DNA from: an uncultured Pseudobdellovibrionaceae bacterium
Lineage (GTDB): Bacteria > Bdellovibrionota > Bdellovibrionia > Bdellovibrionales > UBA1609
Assembly: GCA_963803705.1 (NCBI GenBank)
Contig: CAWDNU010000004.1
Location: 320,001-384,000 of the forward strand
Reading direction: 5' to 3'
DNA: 64,000 nucleotides
Below the pieces are notes generated by a model. The model was not told where the DNA came from. It ran no database searches and was given only the letters and a program-made list of their open reading frames with translations. The position numbers and the translations under genes were made by a program. Each line of letters begins with the position of its first letter. Positions within the stretch are counted from its first letter, which is position 1. Shown piece by piece: positions 18,354 through 28,088 of this stretch.

Positions 18354-20951
18354 TTACTGTTGTCTGAAAGTTCCTTCATTAACTCTTAGCACGTGTTGAT
18401 GACTTAAAAAGTTCACCCGAGCATCAATAACCTGTCTAGCAAGTCTTTTTGCTTGGTGGTTTCCTTGGACTGGACCACTGATGGGAATATCTACGATATA
18501 CTTCGCGCCATCACTATCCACTTGATAGCTTACAATCGTTCTATCACCGGACCTTCTAATAACAGCCGGTGTGCGGGGATTTGCTTGAATTAAATAAAGC
18601 ATAAGACCTTGGTTTTGTAAAAAGACTTGGGAGTCATCATTTTTACCACCCCTTCTGTAGGAACCAGATGGATTAACACGGGGCGACTGGGTCAGCCTAG
18701 CTTCATATTCGTCAGAACTAAACCGAGATGAGTAAACTTTGCTTAAACCTGATGAACCAAATCCATTGTTGTCACTTCCTGGTGCTGACGTAAACTGAAT
18801 GTTACGTCCTGCATAAGCCAGTGAAGTCGGCGTGGGAGGCAATCTAGTGTTTGCAGGGTTGACCAACGGATGTGTCACAACTCCGTTCTTATCAGTTGTA
18901 TGCCTGATTTCATGCCTAAGGACACTGCCCAAATCTGTCTCCCGGCCTGGTAACATGAGCGAACTATTGATACTTATGTCAGTGGAACCGTAAGCAAGAC
19001 CAGCAGAACTCCTAGTATCTAAACTTGGATCTGTAATCCTGACTGTGATGCCGCGCCTTTGAAGTCCTTCAACCATTCGACCCAATCTTGAAGTAGAGCT
19101 ATCGGACTGAATAACCCCTCCAGCCGCCACTGTTATTCCATGGTTATCCCGAAGGTTTGATCGCACCTGTCGCTCTATCGTTATGGCTCGAGGTAACTTT
19201 TGACTTATAAAACTTTTCATTAAATCAGGATTTTGTAAAATTGATTTGTCTACCTTCACAGTACCGGCTTCGTAATCTAGATGAAATCCTTGACCACCTA
19301 AAGCATTGCCCTCTTTCATTTCCAAGCTTATACCTGTTCGCGCTTGAAGGCTTTCAATCTGCGCCCCTAGCTCCGTACCTGCAATGGGTCGAATGAGTTT
19401 ACCATCTACTATTGAAAAGCCATTTTGAGATCCAGAGATTGAATCTAAATCCAAATTTCGAACTCTAAGTTTTTGAAGTTGCCCATCAGGCAAAGTAAGA
19501 ACTAATCCCATCTCATTAGAGCTTGAATCTTTAAAGAGTTCTTTAAACGTCCCAGAGTACGTATTTCCGCTTTTCGATTTTACAGAGATTAGCTGACCAT
19601 CATACATCTGTTCAATAGTATCCAAAGAAGTACCTGCTACAGACACAGCTGTTGATGGCTTAAGATCTGAGATTAAGCTTGAATCTGCACTTGCTGAAAT
19701 TCGCGCAGATAAATTACTACCACTTGGTTCAGGGTTAACTATTGCCAAAATTTCAGACTCGGTCATATTGCCTCTTACGAAGCGACTAACATAATCTTGT
19801 TGAAGCGCGGTTGATATACTAGACTTTCCAAGTGCAGTCAGAGCAACCATACCTGTCGAAATTTTTTGCTCTAAGTTTGTTAGCATCAGCGCTACTCTTG
19901 GCGCGGCTAAAGCCGATCCTCCCAAAAAGGACAACACAGCATTTGCACCAAACTCAGCAATCAACTGACCACCCATTTCGCAAATTAAACGACTTTTAAC
20001 TGCAGGCTCTAAATTAGCAAATCCTTGGACTGCGCCTGTCATTCTGTTAGCAAGTCCAGCACCTAACTGATACATCGAGTCCACAGCATCCCCTGCGTCT
20101 GAAAACATTTGGCTTGCATCAAGGCAGCTCTCTAAACAGTATCTAACAACCGCAGATCCTGCTTGATAAACGCCCTTAACTGCCGACTGACCAGTGCCGT
20201 ATAAATAGTTCCCTGTAGCTCTGGCAGCCCCCATAGGATCATTCCAAATTGATTTAGCAGCTGTAGCCGCAGTGTTTGCCGCTGAGCCACCCATAGCAAC
20301 TAGGCTTGAACCTGTTTGACGGGCAAGGCACCTAGCTAGTCCCTCACCTGAGGCTTCGTCCCCCTTAAGATCTGCTTGGGGACCTTCAGTCAAATTGCCT
20401 GCCGAGGACGATATGCTTGAAGTGGCAGAATTTACAGCCGTTCTGCTGTCACCCACTTCAGCGTGGGCACAACTGAAAAGAGCATTAAAGAAAGGTGAAA
20501 GAATTTGGTAGCTTACTTTTCTTTTTTTTAAACTAACAAACTGTTTTTCAATCTCGCTTAAAGATCTTTCATGATAGCCCTCGACATACACAGCGACTAT
20601 TCTTTTATGTTTTTTAAAATGGTATACAGAACCTGACTTAAGTTTAACCCACCTACCCAATATTTTTTTTGAATTAGGAATAACATCTTGTTTGATAAGA
20701 ATTTTCTTTTTTAAGTTTTTAGAAACGTATAGCTGATCAATACCTAAAAGGAAATGAGTCCCCATTTTAGGATTAATTTTTGCTCTAAGATTTTCACCAC
20801 TAACTTGAATTCGTAATGGGTACAGAAACTTTCGACCATGCTTTATCATCGGGAAACGTTTGTAGGTCAGTATTTCTTTAGCGTTCAAATTCAACATAAA
20901 GATAAAGTTGAAAATAGTTAAAAAAACCGCTGCCTTAGAAGAAACTACCAT
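18354..20951 (-). CDS. Large secreted protein with C-terminal HExxH metallopeptidase-like region
   Basis: Signal peptide, Ala/Gly-rich helical middle, LRHEIRH motif, later DEYEAR. Confidence 0.65.
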   Translation of the reverse strand: MVVSSKAAVFLTIFNFIFMLNLNAKEILTYKRFPMIKHGRKFLYPLRIQVSGENLRAKINPKMGTHFLLGIDQLYVSKNLKKKILIKQDVIPNSKKILGRWVKLKSGSVYHFKKHKRIVAVYVEGYHERSLSEIEKQFVSLKKRKVSYQILSPFFNALFSCAHAEVGDSRTAVNSATSSISSSAGNLTEGPQADLKGDEASGEGLARCLARQTGSSLVAMGGSAANTAATAAKSIWNDPMGAARATGNYLYGTGQSAVKGVYQAGSAVVRYCLESCLDASQMFSDAGDAVDSMYQLGAGLANRMTGAVQGFANLEPAVKSRLICEMGGQLIAEFGANAVLSFLGGSALAAPRVALMLTNLEQKISTGMVALTALGKSSISTALQQDYVSRFVRGNMTESEILAIVNPEPSGSNLSARISASADSSLISDLKPSTAVSVAGTSLDTIEQMYDGQLISVKSKSGNTYSGTFKELFKDSSSNEMGLVLTLPDGQLQKLRVRNLDLDSISGSQNGFSIVDGKLIRPIAGTELGAQIESLQARTGISLEMKEGNALGGQGFHLDYEAGTVKVDKSILQNPDLMKSFISQKLPRAITIERQVRSNLRDNHGITVAAGGVIQSDSSTSRLGRMVEGLQRRGITVRITDPSLDTRSSAGLAYGSTDISINSSLMLPGRETDLGSVLRHEIRHTTDKNGVVTHPLVNPANTRLPPTPTSLAYAGRNIQFTSAPGSDNNGFGSSGLSKVYSSRFSSDEYEARLTQSPRVNPSGSYRRGGKNDDSQVFLQNQGLMLYLIQANPRTPAVIRRSGDRTIVSYQVDSDGAKYIVDIPISGPVQGNHQAKRLARQVIDARVNFLSHQHVLRVNEGTFRQQ

Positions 20952-20985
20952 TACTATATATCGGAAATAACATTTAATACTTTTA
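20952..20985 (-). promoter_or_regulatory. Putative sigma28-type promoter (leaderless geometry)
   Basis: TAAAAG-N14-TCCGATAT; CCGATA ends 7 nt before the ATG. Confidence 0.6.
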
Positions 20986-21078
20986 TAATTTTAAATAAAA
21001 TACTAAATTGAAATCATTAAAACGTCTCAAAATCATACGCTTAAGTTGATTAAATACGGAAAGAATTTAATCTGTTAC

Positions 21079-21642
21079 CTAGATCTTGGATTTGATGTCC
21101 GCACAAGACATATAGTTATCTTGACGGTGCTTTAAGACTCTACCTTCAAAAATTAGGACAGTCGGGGTCACCCTAAGCTCTAACGGTTCTGCAAACTCAT
21201 CTTTAGCAAATAAAATTAATTTATCATAGCCATCTTTTTTTGCATCTAAAATTAATTCTGCAGGTTTAGACATTAGCCCAACAAAATAAACAGAGTTTAT
21301 TTTGTTTTCAAAACATTTATAGGATGTCATCATTTTGTGACAGGCCTTACAGTCTGTTTGAAAAAAGATCCAAGTAGAGTATTTAGTATTAACAGTGCTG
21401 AAATCAAATAATTTTTCGTTAGAAGCTATCATAAGTCCGGTTAACTGACTTATCGCCCTGGCTGAGGTTTTATCTGTATTTGTTACTGAATTCGAAGTTG
21501 GCGGTTTGTTTTGGGTCGAACTAGTAGCTTGGGCTGCATTAATCGATTTAGCGTTTGCTAAAATGATGCAGCCTGCACTTAAAAAATATATTAAAAAAAA
21601 TGATAAAAAAAATTTGTTAATTTTAAAATTTAAGAAGGCCAT
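21079..21642 (-). CDS. Exported thioredoxin-fold protein
   Basis: Signal/lipoprotein-like N-terminus, FFQTDCKAC (CxxC), VTPT cis-Pro motif. Confidence 0.75.
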   Translation of the reverse strand: MAFLNFKINKFFLSFFLIYFLSAGCIILANAKSINAAQATSSTQNKPPTSNSVTNTDKTSARAISQLTGLMIASNEKLFDFSTVNTKYSTWIFFQTDCKACHKMMTSYKCFENKINSVYFVGLMSKPAELILDAKKDGYDKLILFAKDEFAEPLELRVTPTVLIFEGRVLKHRQDNYMSCADIKSKI

Positions 21643-22040
21643 TTATGGACAAACTTGTTTAGACGTTTTCGGTTAGCACCCATGTCCCAGTGTCCGGTTC
21701 TAGATTCTGACTTCATGTGTAGCTGCTCAGTCTTTGGGTCCCACCAAAAGTAAACGTCGTCCTGGTAACCCATAATTTTCGTGGTCGCTACAAAATGGAT
21801 AAAATTTTCTTTTTCATCTACGACTTCAGCTTTGGTCATTTTTTTTATCTTAATTGAAATTTTATTTTTGATATCTGCCCAAGGCCCAGTAACATTTTTT
21901 AGGGGGGCAATCTGATATTTTTTTCTAATTTCATAGCTTGATACGCAATTAGGCTTATCACCACAAATATTTTTCATTTTCGCTCCGAACACAATTACAG
22001 GATAAATTATAAAAAAACACAGAAAACAATATCTCATCAA
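21630..22040 (-). CDS. DUF1499 family protein
   Basis: C.DKPNCVSS, GYQDDV, SESRTGHWDMGANRKR. Confidence 0.88.
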   Translation of the reverse strand: MMRYCFLCFFIIYPVIVFGAKMKNICGDKPNCVSSYEIRKKYQIAPLKNVTGPWADIKNKISIKIKKMTKAEVVDEKENFIHFVATTKIMGYQDDVYFWWDPKTEQLHMKSESRTGHWDMGANRKRLNKFVHKWPS

Positions 22041-22077
22041 AACCCTTCAGTGAACAGTCACGCTAGATATTTGCGTA

Positions 22078-22761
22078 TCATTTTTTACTTTGATACTTGA
22101 TTATAACTTTAGGACTTTCCCCATCCTCATTTTTTAAATTTGAAAAACCACGGTATTTTACCCATTTTTTAGAATCCATATTAAAAGTAATATATGTTTT
22201 CGAAGCCAACCACTTTATAAGAAATGAAGAAGGCTCAACAACAAAAGTTACATTATTTCCTTTCGGACTGTTTTTTTGTGATTCTTTTCTTATTCTAAGC
22301 TTTACTAGTCTTAAGGACTTCGGAATTAGGCAGTGAACATTCATAGGTTTTTCTAACAGCTCTTTAAAGTTTTCAAATATGAATTTTGAAATAGAAGCTG
22401 TAGTTACGTAATCTGCTTTTATATTAAATTCTAAGGTTTTCTCTTTGCCATTGAAATAGGTCTTTAAGATGCCAAGCTTACCGTTAACAGTTATAGAGTA
22501 AGTGTCATTGTGTTTTAAATCCTTAAATACAGTGTTAGGAATATAATGAGGTTCGGTAAAAACTTGCTGTCGAAATCCAATTTTTCCCGACTTGTCTTTA
22601 TAATCCGTATTTATTTCTGATATAACAGATTTGCTGTCGTCAGAATATTTAAAATTATGAACTTCTACATAGGACATACCGGACTTACTTTTAGCAACTC
22701 CTGATATCGTGTCGGCCCAAACATAAAAAGGTAACATTAAAATGATTAAAATTTTTAACAT
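22078..22761 (-). CDS. Secreted hypothetical protein
   Basis: Signal peptide; beta-rich; YRGFSNL near the C-terminus. Confidence 0.6.
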   Translation of the reverse strand: MLKILIILMLPFYVWADTISGVAKSKSGMSYVEVHNFKYSDDSKSVISEINTDYKDKSGKIGFRQQVFTEPHYIPNTVFKDLKHNDTYSITVNGKLGILKTYFNGKEKTLEFNIKADYVTTASISKFIFENFKELLEKPMNVHCLIPKSLRLVKLRIRKESQKNSPKGNNVTFVVEPSSFLIKWLASKTYITFNMDSKKWVKYRGFSNLKNEDGESPKVIIKYQSKK

Positions 22762-22914
22762 AAGTTATATTAAACTAGAGTCAGCTGACCTTAAAGCTTT
22801 TTTTTGATGTTCTTAGGGCCTGTGAAAGATTCATCTAGGTTTCTGGTGACAAATTAAATATGCACATAATAAAATCCAACAAGTCTGAAAAATTAAACCC
22901 GCGGATGCATTAAA

Positions 22915-23457
22915 TTGACGATATTTAAAGTAGTAAGATCAAAATACATGGCGCTTGCAGTTTTTTTACTAGCTTGGGTTCTAGTGGTATATTGCCTTAG
23001 CAATAACCAAGTTTATCTAGTGTATCCAATTATTATAGTTGCCTTGGCGTACGAGATTTTGACCGTTCGCCAAAGACTTAAAACGTTTATCCTTTTACTA
23101 ATAGTTGGTCTTTTAGGATGGACACTACAAAGCGTCGAGGCCAGACTAGGAACGCTTATCATTACCAACTCCATAATGTTTGCTCCGCCATGGCTTGGAT
23201 TTTTATGGTCTTTATTTATGTCCTCTACGTTGCGAACCATGCCCTTCGTGTTTAAAAATTTAATTACAAGTTTTTTATTTGGCTGCTATGCTTTACCTGG
23301 AAGTTATTTTTTTATATCTAAGATAGGGTTAGCAGAGATTAAAAGTCCTATTTGGCAAAGTCTGTTACTAGATTCTTTAATATCAGGGTTCATATTTGTG
23401 ATCACTTACTATTTATTAAAATCATATTTTTACAAAAAAGGAAGTTTGTATGTTTGA
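22915..23457 (+). CDS. DUF2878-like membrane protein
   Basis: PPWLGFLW..F..TL, G.Y..PGSY motifs; TM helices. Confidence 0.7.
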   Translation: MTIFKVVRSKYMALAVFLLAWVLVVYCLSNNQVYLVYPIIIVALAYEILTVRQRLKTFILLLIVGLLGWTLQSVEARLGTLIITNSIMFAPPWLGFLWSLFMSSTLRTMPFVFKNLITSFLFGCYALPGSYFFISKIGLAEIKSPIWQSLLLDSLISGFIFVITYYLLKSYFYKKGSLYV

Positions 23458-24241
23458 CACAGTAAACAAAACCACTTTGATCACCGGAGGTCTTTCTGGC
23501 ATCGGTTTAGCCATAGCGAAAAAAGCTGCTGCTGATAAAAACAAGATTATTCTTGTGCAAAGAAGTCACTCTGAAACTGTAGAGTCAGAACTAAAAGAAC
23601 TTGGAGCCAAGGATGTTTTACAAATTCAGTCCGATCTAAGTGAGCTAAAAAATATAAAAAAGCTAGTTTCAGATTTAGAATCAAAAAATATCCAGATCGA
23701 TATTTTAATCAATAATGCCGGGCTGTTGACTGGCGGACTGATTGAAAAGCAGGACCCAAACGAAATTTATAAGATGCTAAACGTAAACCTTGGTGCAGTT
23801 ATATCACTAACAAGGTTATTACTACCTTCGATGCTAAAAAGAAAAACTGGACGCATAGTCAACAATGCAAGTGTATCAGGTAAAATGTATATGCCTTGTG
23901 CTAGCACCTATGCTGCTTCCAAAGCAGGGGTTGTTGCCTTTACAGATTCTATCCGCCAAGAACTATATTCTACCGGTGTATCCACGTTACTGTTGATAAC
24001 TCCGGGTGTAAAAACTGACATGTTTGATGATATCCAAAAACAGTACGGCGAAAGCATGGACCTTAGTTTTTTGAAAAGCATCCCGGCCGAAAAATGGGCG
24101 ACTTCTGTCTGGGACGCGGTCAAATCTGGACAAGACACCTTGATGCCAGGTGGCTCTGAAAGAGTTGGCGTTTGGCTTGCTACCCATGCTCCCTCTATCT
24201 TTGAAAAAGGAATCAGTAAGTACTTTAAACCTAAGCGATAA
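23450..24241 (+). CDS. Short-chain dehydrogenase/reductase
   Basis: TGGLSGIG, NNAG, YAASK. Confidence 0.93.
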   Translation: MFDTVNKTTLITGGLSGIGLAIAKKAAADKNKIILVQRSHSETVESELKELGAKDVLQIQSDLSELKNIKKLVSDLESKNIQIDILINNAGLLTGGLIEKQDPNEIYKMLNVNLGAVISLTRLLLPSMLKRKTGRIVNNASVSGKMYMPCASTYAASKAGVVAFTDSIRQELYSTGVSTLLLITPGVKTDMFDDIQKQYGESMDLSFLKSIPAEKWATSVWDAVKSGQDTLMPGGSERVGVWLATHAPSIFEKGISKYFKPKR

Positions 24242-24268
24242 ACTATTTTTATTTAGTATCAACCTTCA

Positions 24269-25870
24269 TCACCAGAAAATATGAGTTTGCAGGGTAAAAT
24301 AGGTGTAGTCGTTGTTAGCTGTAGTTGGGCTTCTAACTGTTTCATCGCCCAAGGTGTAAAGAAGTTCTAGCTCAAGCCCTGCAAGGGCAAAGAATTTTGC
24401 TCCGATAGAGATCTCTTGAGAAGAGCCCTCAGACAGTTGCCTGGTCACATTCGATATAGCGTATTTTATTTGTGGGTAAAGCTCGCGCCAAACTCTGTAT
24501 TTTAAATCTAAGTCCAGCAGATAGCCTTTGTTACGAACAATATTAGAGCCGCTGCCTAAAGTGTCGATTTCGAAAAGGACAATTTCCCCGTTTCCTATAT
24601 AGCGATTAAAAAAATTGAACCCTCCGGTGGCACCAAACATTTGGGTTGCAAAGTTATTTCCTCCGGCTTCTCGGTCCGTTTTCCAATACGATAACATTCC
24701 TGAGTAACCGTTTGTAACAGCCCTTGCACCGACATTTATAACCACGCCTTCGGATTGATTTCCAATGCCTGGCGAACCTTTAAATAGGTATGACATATTG
24801 AAAAACGGCACGTTGGGTGCTCCACCCACGCTGATTCCTTCATACACAGCATTTTGTGAACCACCTTGTATTCCAGCAGCTTGCCCAAACAAAACTGTTT
24901 CCCTTAAAGCTCGGTGATTTGGATTGTACCCACCAAACATCGGGCGATAAGCGCCTGCCATGGCGTAAGTGTTGTAAGGCAATTCGTTTAGCTTAACGTA
25001 AGCAGATCTGGTGATTCCGCGAGTGAAGACAGCGTCCCACTCGGGATCAAGTGTGGTGTTAAAATTTCTTTGCTCGAAGACAAAGCTAAGGTTATGCATA
25101 AATGGCTTCACAGCTATTCCAAAGTCGAAAGCCATTAAAGCTTGCTCTGATCTTGAGCTGCCATTGTTATCCGTATTCAAAAAAAAGTACCTGGCGTCAA
25201 GACCTGCCTCTACCCTACCTTCTTTGGTCCACCAGTAAGGGTCGTCTTTAGGGATTAGTGATTCAAAAAGCCTATCGTCAGCGATCACACTGTGTCCAGG
25301 ATCTGTTTCAAACTGCTCATCATTAGACTGGGACCTTTTAACCTTGTCCTTTTCCAAATTTTTTTCTGTAGCTCTTGCTCTTGGATCTAGGACTTTACCT
25401 ATTTTGTGTCGGTCCATCTGAAAATTTCTTTCGTCGGCAAAGCCAGACCTGGTGCTGATTAATGGAACTGGTTTTTTAAGACCAAAAATTTTTCGCAGCT
25501 TCCTGTATCTGCTTTTAGACATTTTAGGTCTAATTTCTTTAGGGTATCTGTGGGCGTAAAGCTGCTTGGACCTTGGTGCCGGGGATTTTTCACCGGCTGC
25601 CCACTTATCCCACTGTAAAGATCTAAGCCATTTCTTTTGACCCCACTTACCATAAAAATTTCTTAGCCCCCCACCATTTGGATTTACGTGACAGCCTTCG
25701 CACGAAAGTGAACATTTTCTTTTTTTCGCAGGTCTGTTTACTCGCCCCGGGGCATGGCAGCCGGCGCAGTTTTGAGCAAATCTGTTAGAAAGCCAGGGCT
25801 CAGCATGTACGAAACTCGATACAGAAAAAATAAAAAAAATAGCTGCAAACCCCAAACAGTTTCGAATCAT
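24269..25870 (-). CDS. Diheme cytochrome c fused to a probable outer-membrane beta-barrel
   Basis: Signal peptide (..VHA|EPW), CAGCH and CEGCH, amphipathic beta strands, C-terminal FTLQTHIFW. Confidence 0.7.
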   Translation of the reverse strand: MIRNCLGFAAIFFIFSVSSFVHAEPWLSNRFAQNCAGCHAPGRVNRPAKKRKCSLSCEGCHVNPNGGGLRNFYGKWGQKKWLRSLQWDKWAAGEKSPAPRSKQLYAHRYPKEIRPKMSKSRYRKLRKIFGLKKPVPLISTRSGFADERNFQMDRHKIGKVLDPRARATEKNLEKDKVKRSQSNDEQFETDPGHSVIADDRLFESLIPKDDPYWWTKEGRVEAGLDARYFFLNTDNNGSSRSEQALMAFDFGIAVKPFMHNLSFVFEQRNFNTTLDPEWDAVFTRGITRSAYVKLNELPYNTYAMAGAYRPMFGGYNPNHRALRETVLFGQAAGIQGGSQNAVYEGISVGGAPNVPFFNMSYLFKGSPGIGNQSEGVVINVGARAVTNGYSGMLSYWKTDREAGGNNFATQMFGATGGFNFFNRYIGNGEIVLFEIDTLGSGSNIVRNKGYLLDLDLKYRVWRELYPQIKYAISNVTRQLSEGSSQEISIGAKFFALAGLELELLYTLGDETVRSPTTANNDYTYFTLQTHIFW

Positions 25871-25950
25871 ACTGAAACACCCCTGAAATAAATAAAATTT
25901 TCTTGAAGCCAAATTATAAGACTTTAGCAAAATTTACCGATACTATAAGT

Positions 25951-26382
25951 ATGAAATGTTACCTGATTATTTTCATTCAATCAGCTCTGTTTACCATTTT
26001 CATCGCAGCGTGTGAGAACTCCCATGAAATTATTGGACAGTCGTCCAGTGGCGGGGGTGTGGATGAGAACTATGTTTTAAACCCTTCACCTAGCGCAGCT
26101 CTTTTCTCAAGTGCTCAAACTGTATTTAATAATAAATGTCTTGGGTGCCATGGGCCTGGCAAAATTTACAGTCGAATCAACTTAAATACACTAATAGCAG
26201 ATGGATATGTCGTTCAAGGCGCTGCCTCGGCTTCTGTTCTTTATAAATGCGTGAATAGCACTACCTGCATTAGTAGATTGGGCCAAAGCAGTGGCAATAT
26301 GATTGCATTTGGTGGGTTAAATGAAACCGAGGCCGATACCATCAGCGCATATATTGATGATTTATTTTTAGATCCATTATAG
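25951..26382 (+). CDS. Monoheme cytochrome c lipoprotein
   Basis: Lipobox-like IAAC, CLGCH, S.LY..V and distal Met (NMIAFG). Confidence 0.75.
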   Translation: MKCYLIIFIQSALFTIFIAACENSHEIIGQSSSGGGVDENYVLNPSPSAALFSSAQTVFNNKCLGCHGPGKIYSRINLNTLIADGYVVQGAASASVLYKCVNSTTCISRLGQSSGNMIAFGGLNETEADTISAYIDDLFLDPL

Positions 26383-26399
26383 AAAATGCGACATTGACC

Positions 26400-27857
26400 T
26401 TAGTTATGATGTTCCAACCAATCGATTAACAACATGACTCCTTGGCCGGATCCGCCAGTTTGCCTGACTACGTCCCTTTTTCCGTCTACCCAGGAAAATA
26501 TGTCCAAATGAGCCCACTTACAATTTTGGGGCACAAAAAATTTTAGAAATTGCGCCGCAGTGATAGCACCTCCATAACCACTTTGCGCAGAATTCACAAG
26601 GTCTGCTACATCTGAGTTTTGCATTTCACTTTCAGACCAAAAAGGCATAGGCATAGGCCAAACAAAGTCCCCAACTTCTAGGGAAGAAGTATGAAGTTCA
26701 TCAGATAACTTTTTATCGTTAGAAAAAAGACCGCCAATATGGGGCCCCAAACCAACTTTAATAGCACCTGTCAAAGTAGCGATATCAATTACGATCTCTG
26801 GAATTTTTTTCTCTTTACCTAACCAAGATAAAGCGTCAGCAAGTGCTAAACGTCCTTCTGCATCCGTGTTATCAATTTCTACGGTGATTCCATTACCTGC
26901 TGTGCATACGTCGCCAGGCCTAAAGCTGTCATCCCCTATGGAATTTTCAGCAAGGGCAAAATAAAAGTCGATATCATACTTCTGCTTTGAACGAACCAGG
27001 TAGTAAAGCACTCCAAGCACAGCAGCTGACCCACCCATATCTTTTTTCATATTTCGCATGAACTTCGAAGGTTTTAAGTTAAGCCCTCCGGTGTCGAAGG
27101 TGATCCCCTTACCTACAAAAGCAACTTTCTTTTGGGATCCAGAGCTTAAGACCCGAACAAGCTGCGGCTGATTTTTTGAACCTTTACCCACTGAATGGAT
27201 AAGTCCGTAACCCTTCTTTTCCAAGTCTTTAGAAATAGATTCGAACCTATAGTGCTTGCTAGCCCCCAACACGTCCTGGATTAGCTTTGCATAAGTTGTT
27301 GGATTTAAATCGTTAGGTGGTAAGTCGACCAAGTAACGCCCAAAGTTTATTGCCTCTGCTTTCAAGTAGTGAGTTTTAAAAAGGCTATGCCATTTCTTAT
27401 TTAGACCGATACTAATTTTTGGGGCTTTTTTGTTTTTAAAGCTATAGCTTACCGAACAAACGCTTTCAGCGAAAGCTTGGACAAAAAGCTCGCTGTCTGC
27501 AAATTTAGGATCGATTATTAAACTGAATTCTCTTACTTCAGCGGTCAATTTATGACCTAAAAGTTTCTTGAAAGCGTAGTACTTGCATGACTCGAATCCA
27601 CCCACATTCACATCTTTCAAATCTGAATGTAGATACAGATGGACTGTGTTTTTTGCAGTTGAATAAGACCAGTGAGCCACTTGAATTTCTTTCTTCAAAT
27701 TTTCGACCTGCCATTTATCCAGATGCTTCTCTGCATGTTCGAAAATAAATGCTTTTTTGTCAGAAACGATAACCAGGTTGCCTGCTTTTAGTGGGTCAGA
27801 ACCTGAAAGTTTATAGGACGGAAGCTTTTCTTCAGTCCATTTTTTGAATAAAGACAT
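26400..27857 (-). CDS. M17 leucyl aminopeptidase
   Basis: VGKGITFDTGG, MKKDMGG, NTDAEGRL, ATLTGA. Confidence 0.95.
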   Translation of the reverse strand: MSLFKKWTEEKLPSYKLSGSDPLKAGNLVIVSDKKAFIFEHAEKHLDKWQVENLKKEIQVAHWSYSTAKNTVHLYLHSDLKDVNVGGFESCKYYAFKKLLGHKLTAEVREFSLIIDPKFADSELFVQAFAESVCSVSYSFKNKKAPKISIGLNKKWHSLFKTHYLKAEAINFGRYLVDLPPNDLNPTTYAKLIQDVLGASKHYRFESISKDLEKKGYGLIHSVGKGSKNQPQLVRVLSSGSQKKVAFVGKGITFDTGGLNLKPSKFMRNMKKDMGGSAAVLGVLYYLVRSKQKYDIDFYFALAENSIGDDSFRPGDVCTAGNGITVEIDNTDAEGRLALADALSWLGKEKKIPEIVIDIATLTGAIKVGLGPHIGGLFSNDKKLSDELHTSSLEVGDFVWPMPMPFWSESEMQNSDVADLVNSAQSGYGGAITAAQFLKFFVPQNCKWAHLDIFSWVDGKRDVVRQTGGSGQGVMLLIDWLEHHN

Positions 27858-28088
27858 TGCTATAAACCTCGCATTTTGTCCTAAGACTTGGGGTTAGATT
27901 TTTCTTCAAGACCAAAGTAAATTTACCTTCATAATTTTAAAAACCCAAGTAAAATTAAATGCTTATAAATTAGACTTAAATCTATTACATCTGCTTATGA
28001 CTTGCAGAATGCTTCATTTATGGTCAGCTCGACCAGTCCTCAGGTGAAATTTGCTATAAAAGCATTTTCAAACATCCAGGGGGACATT

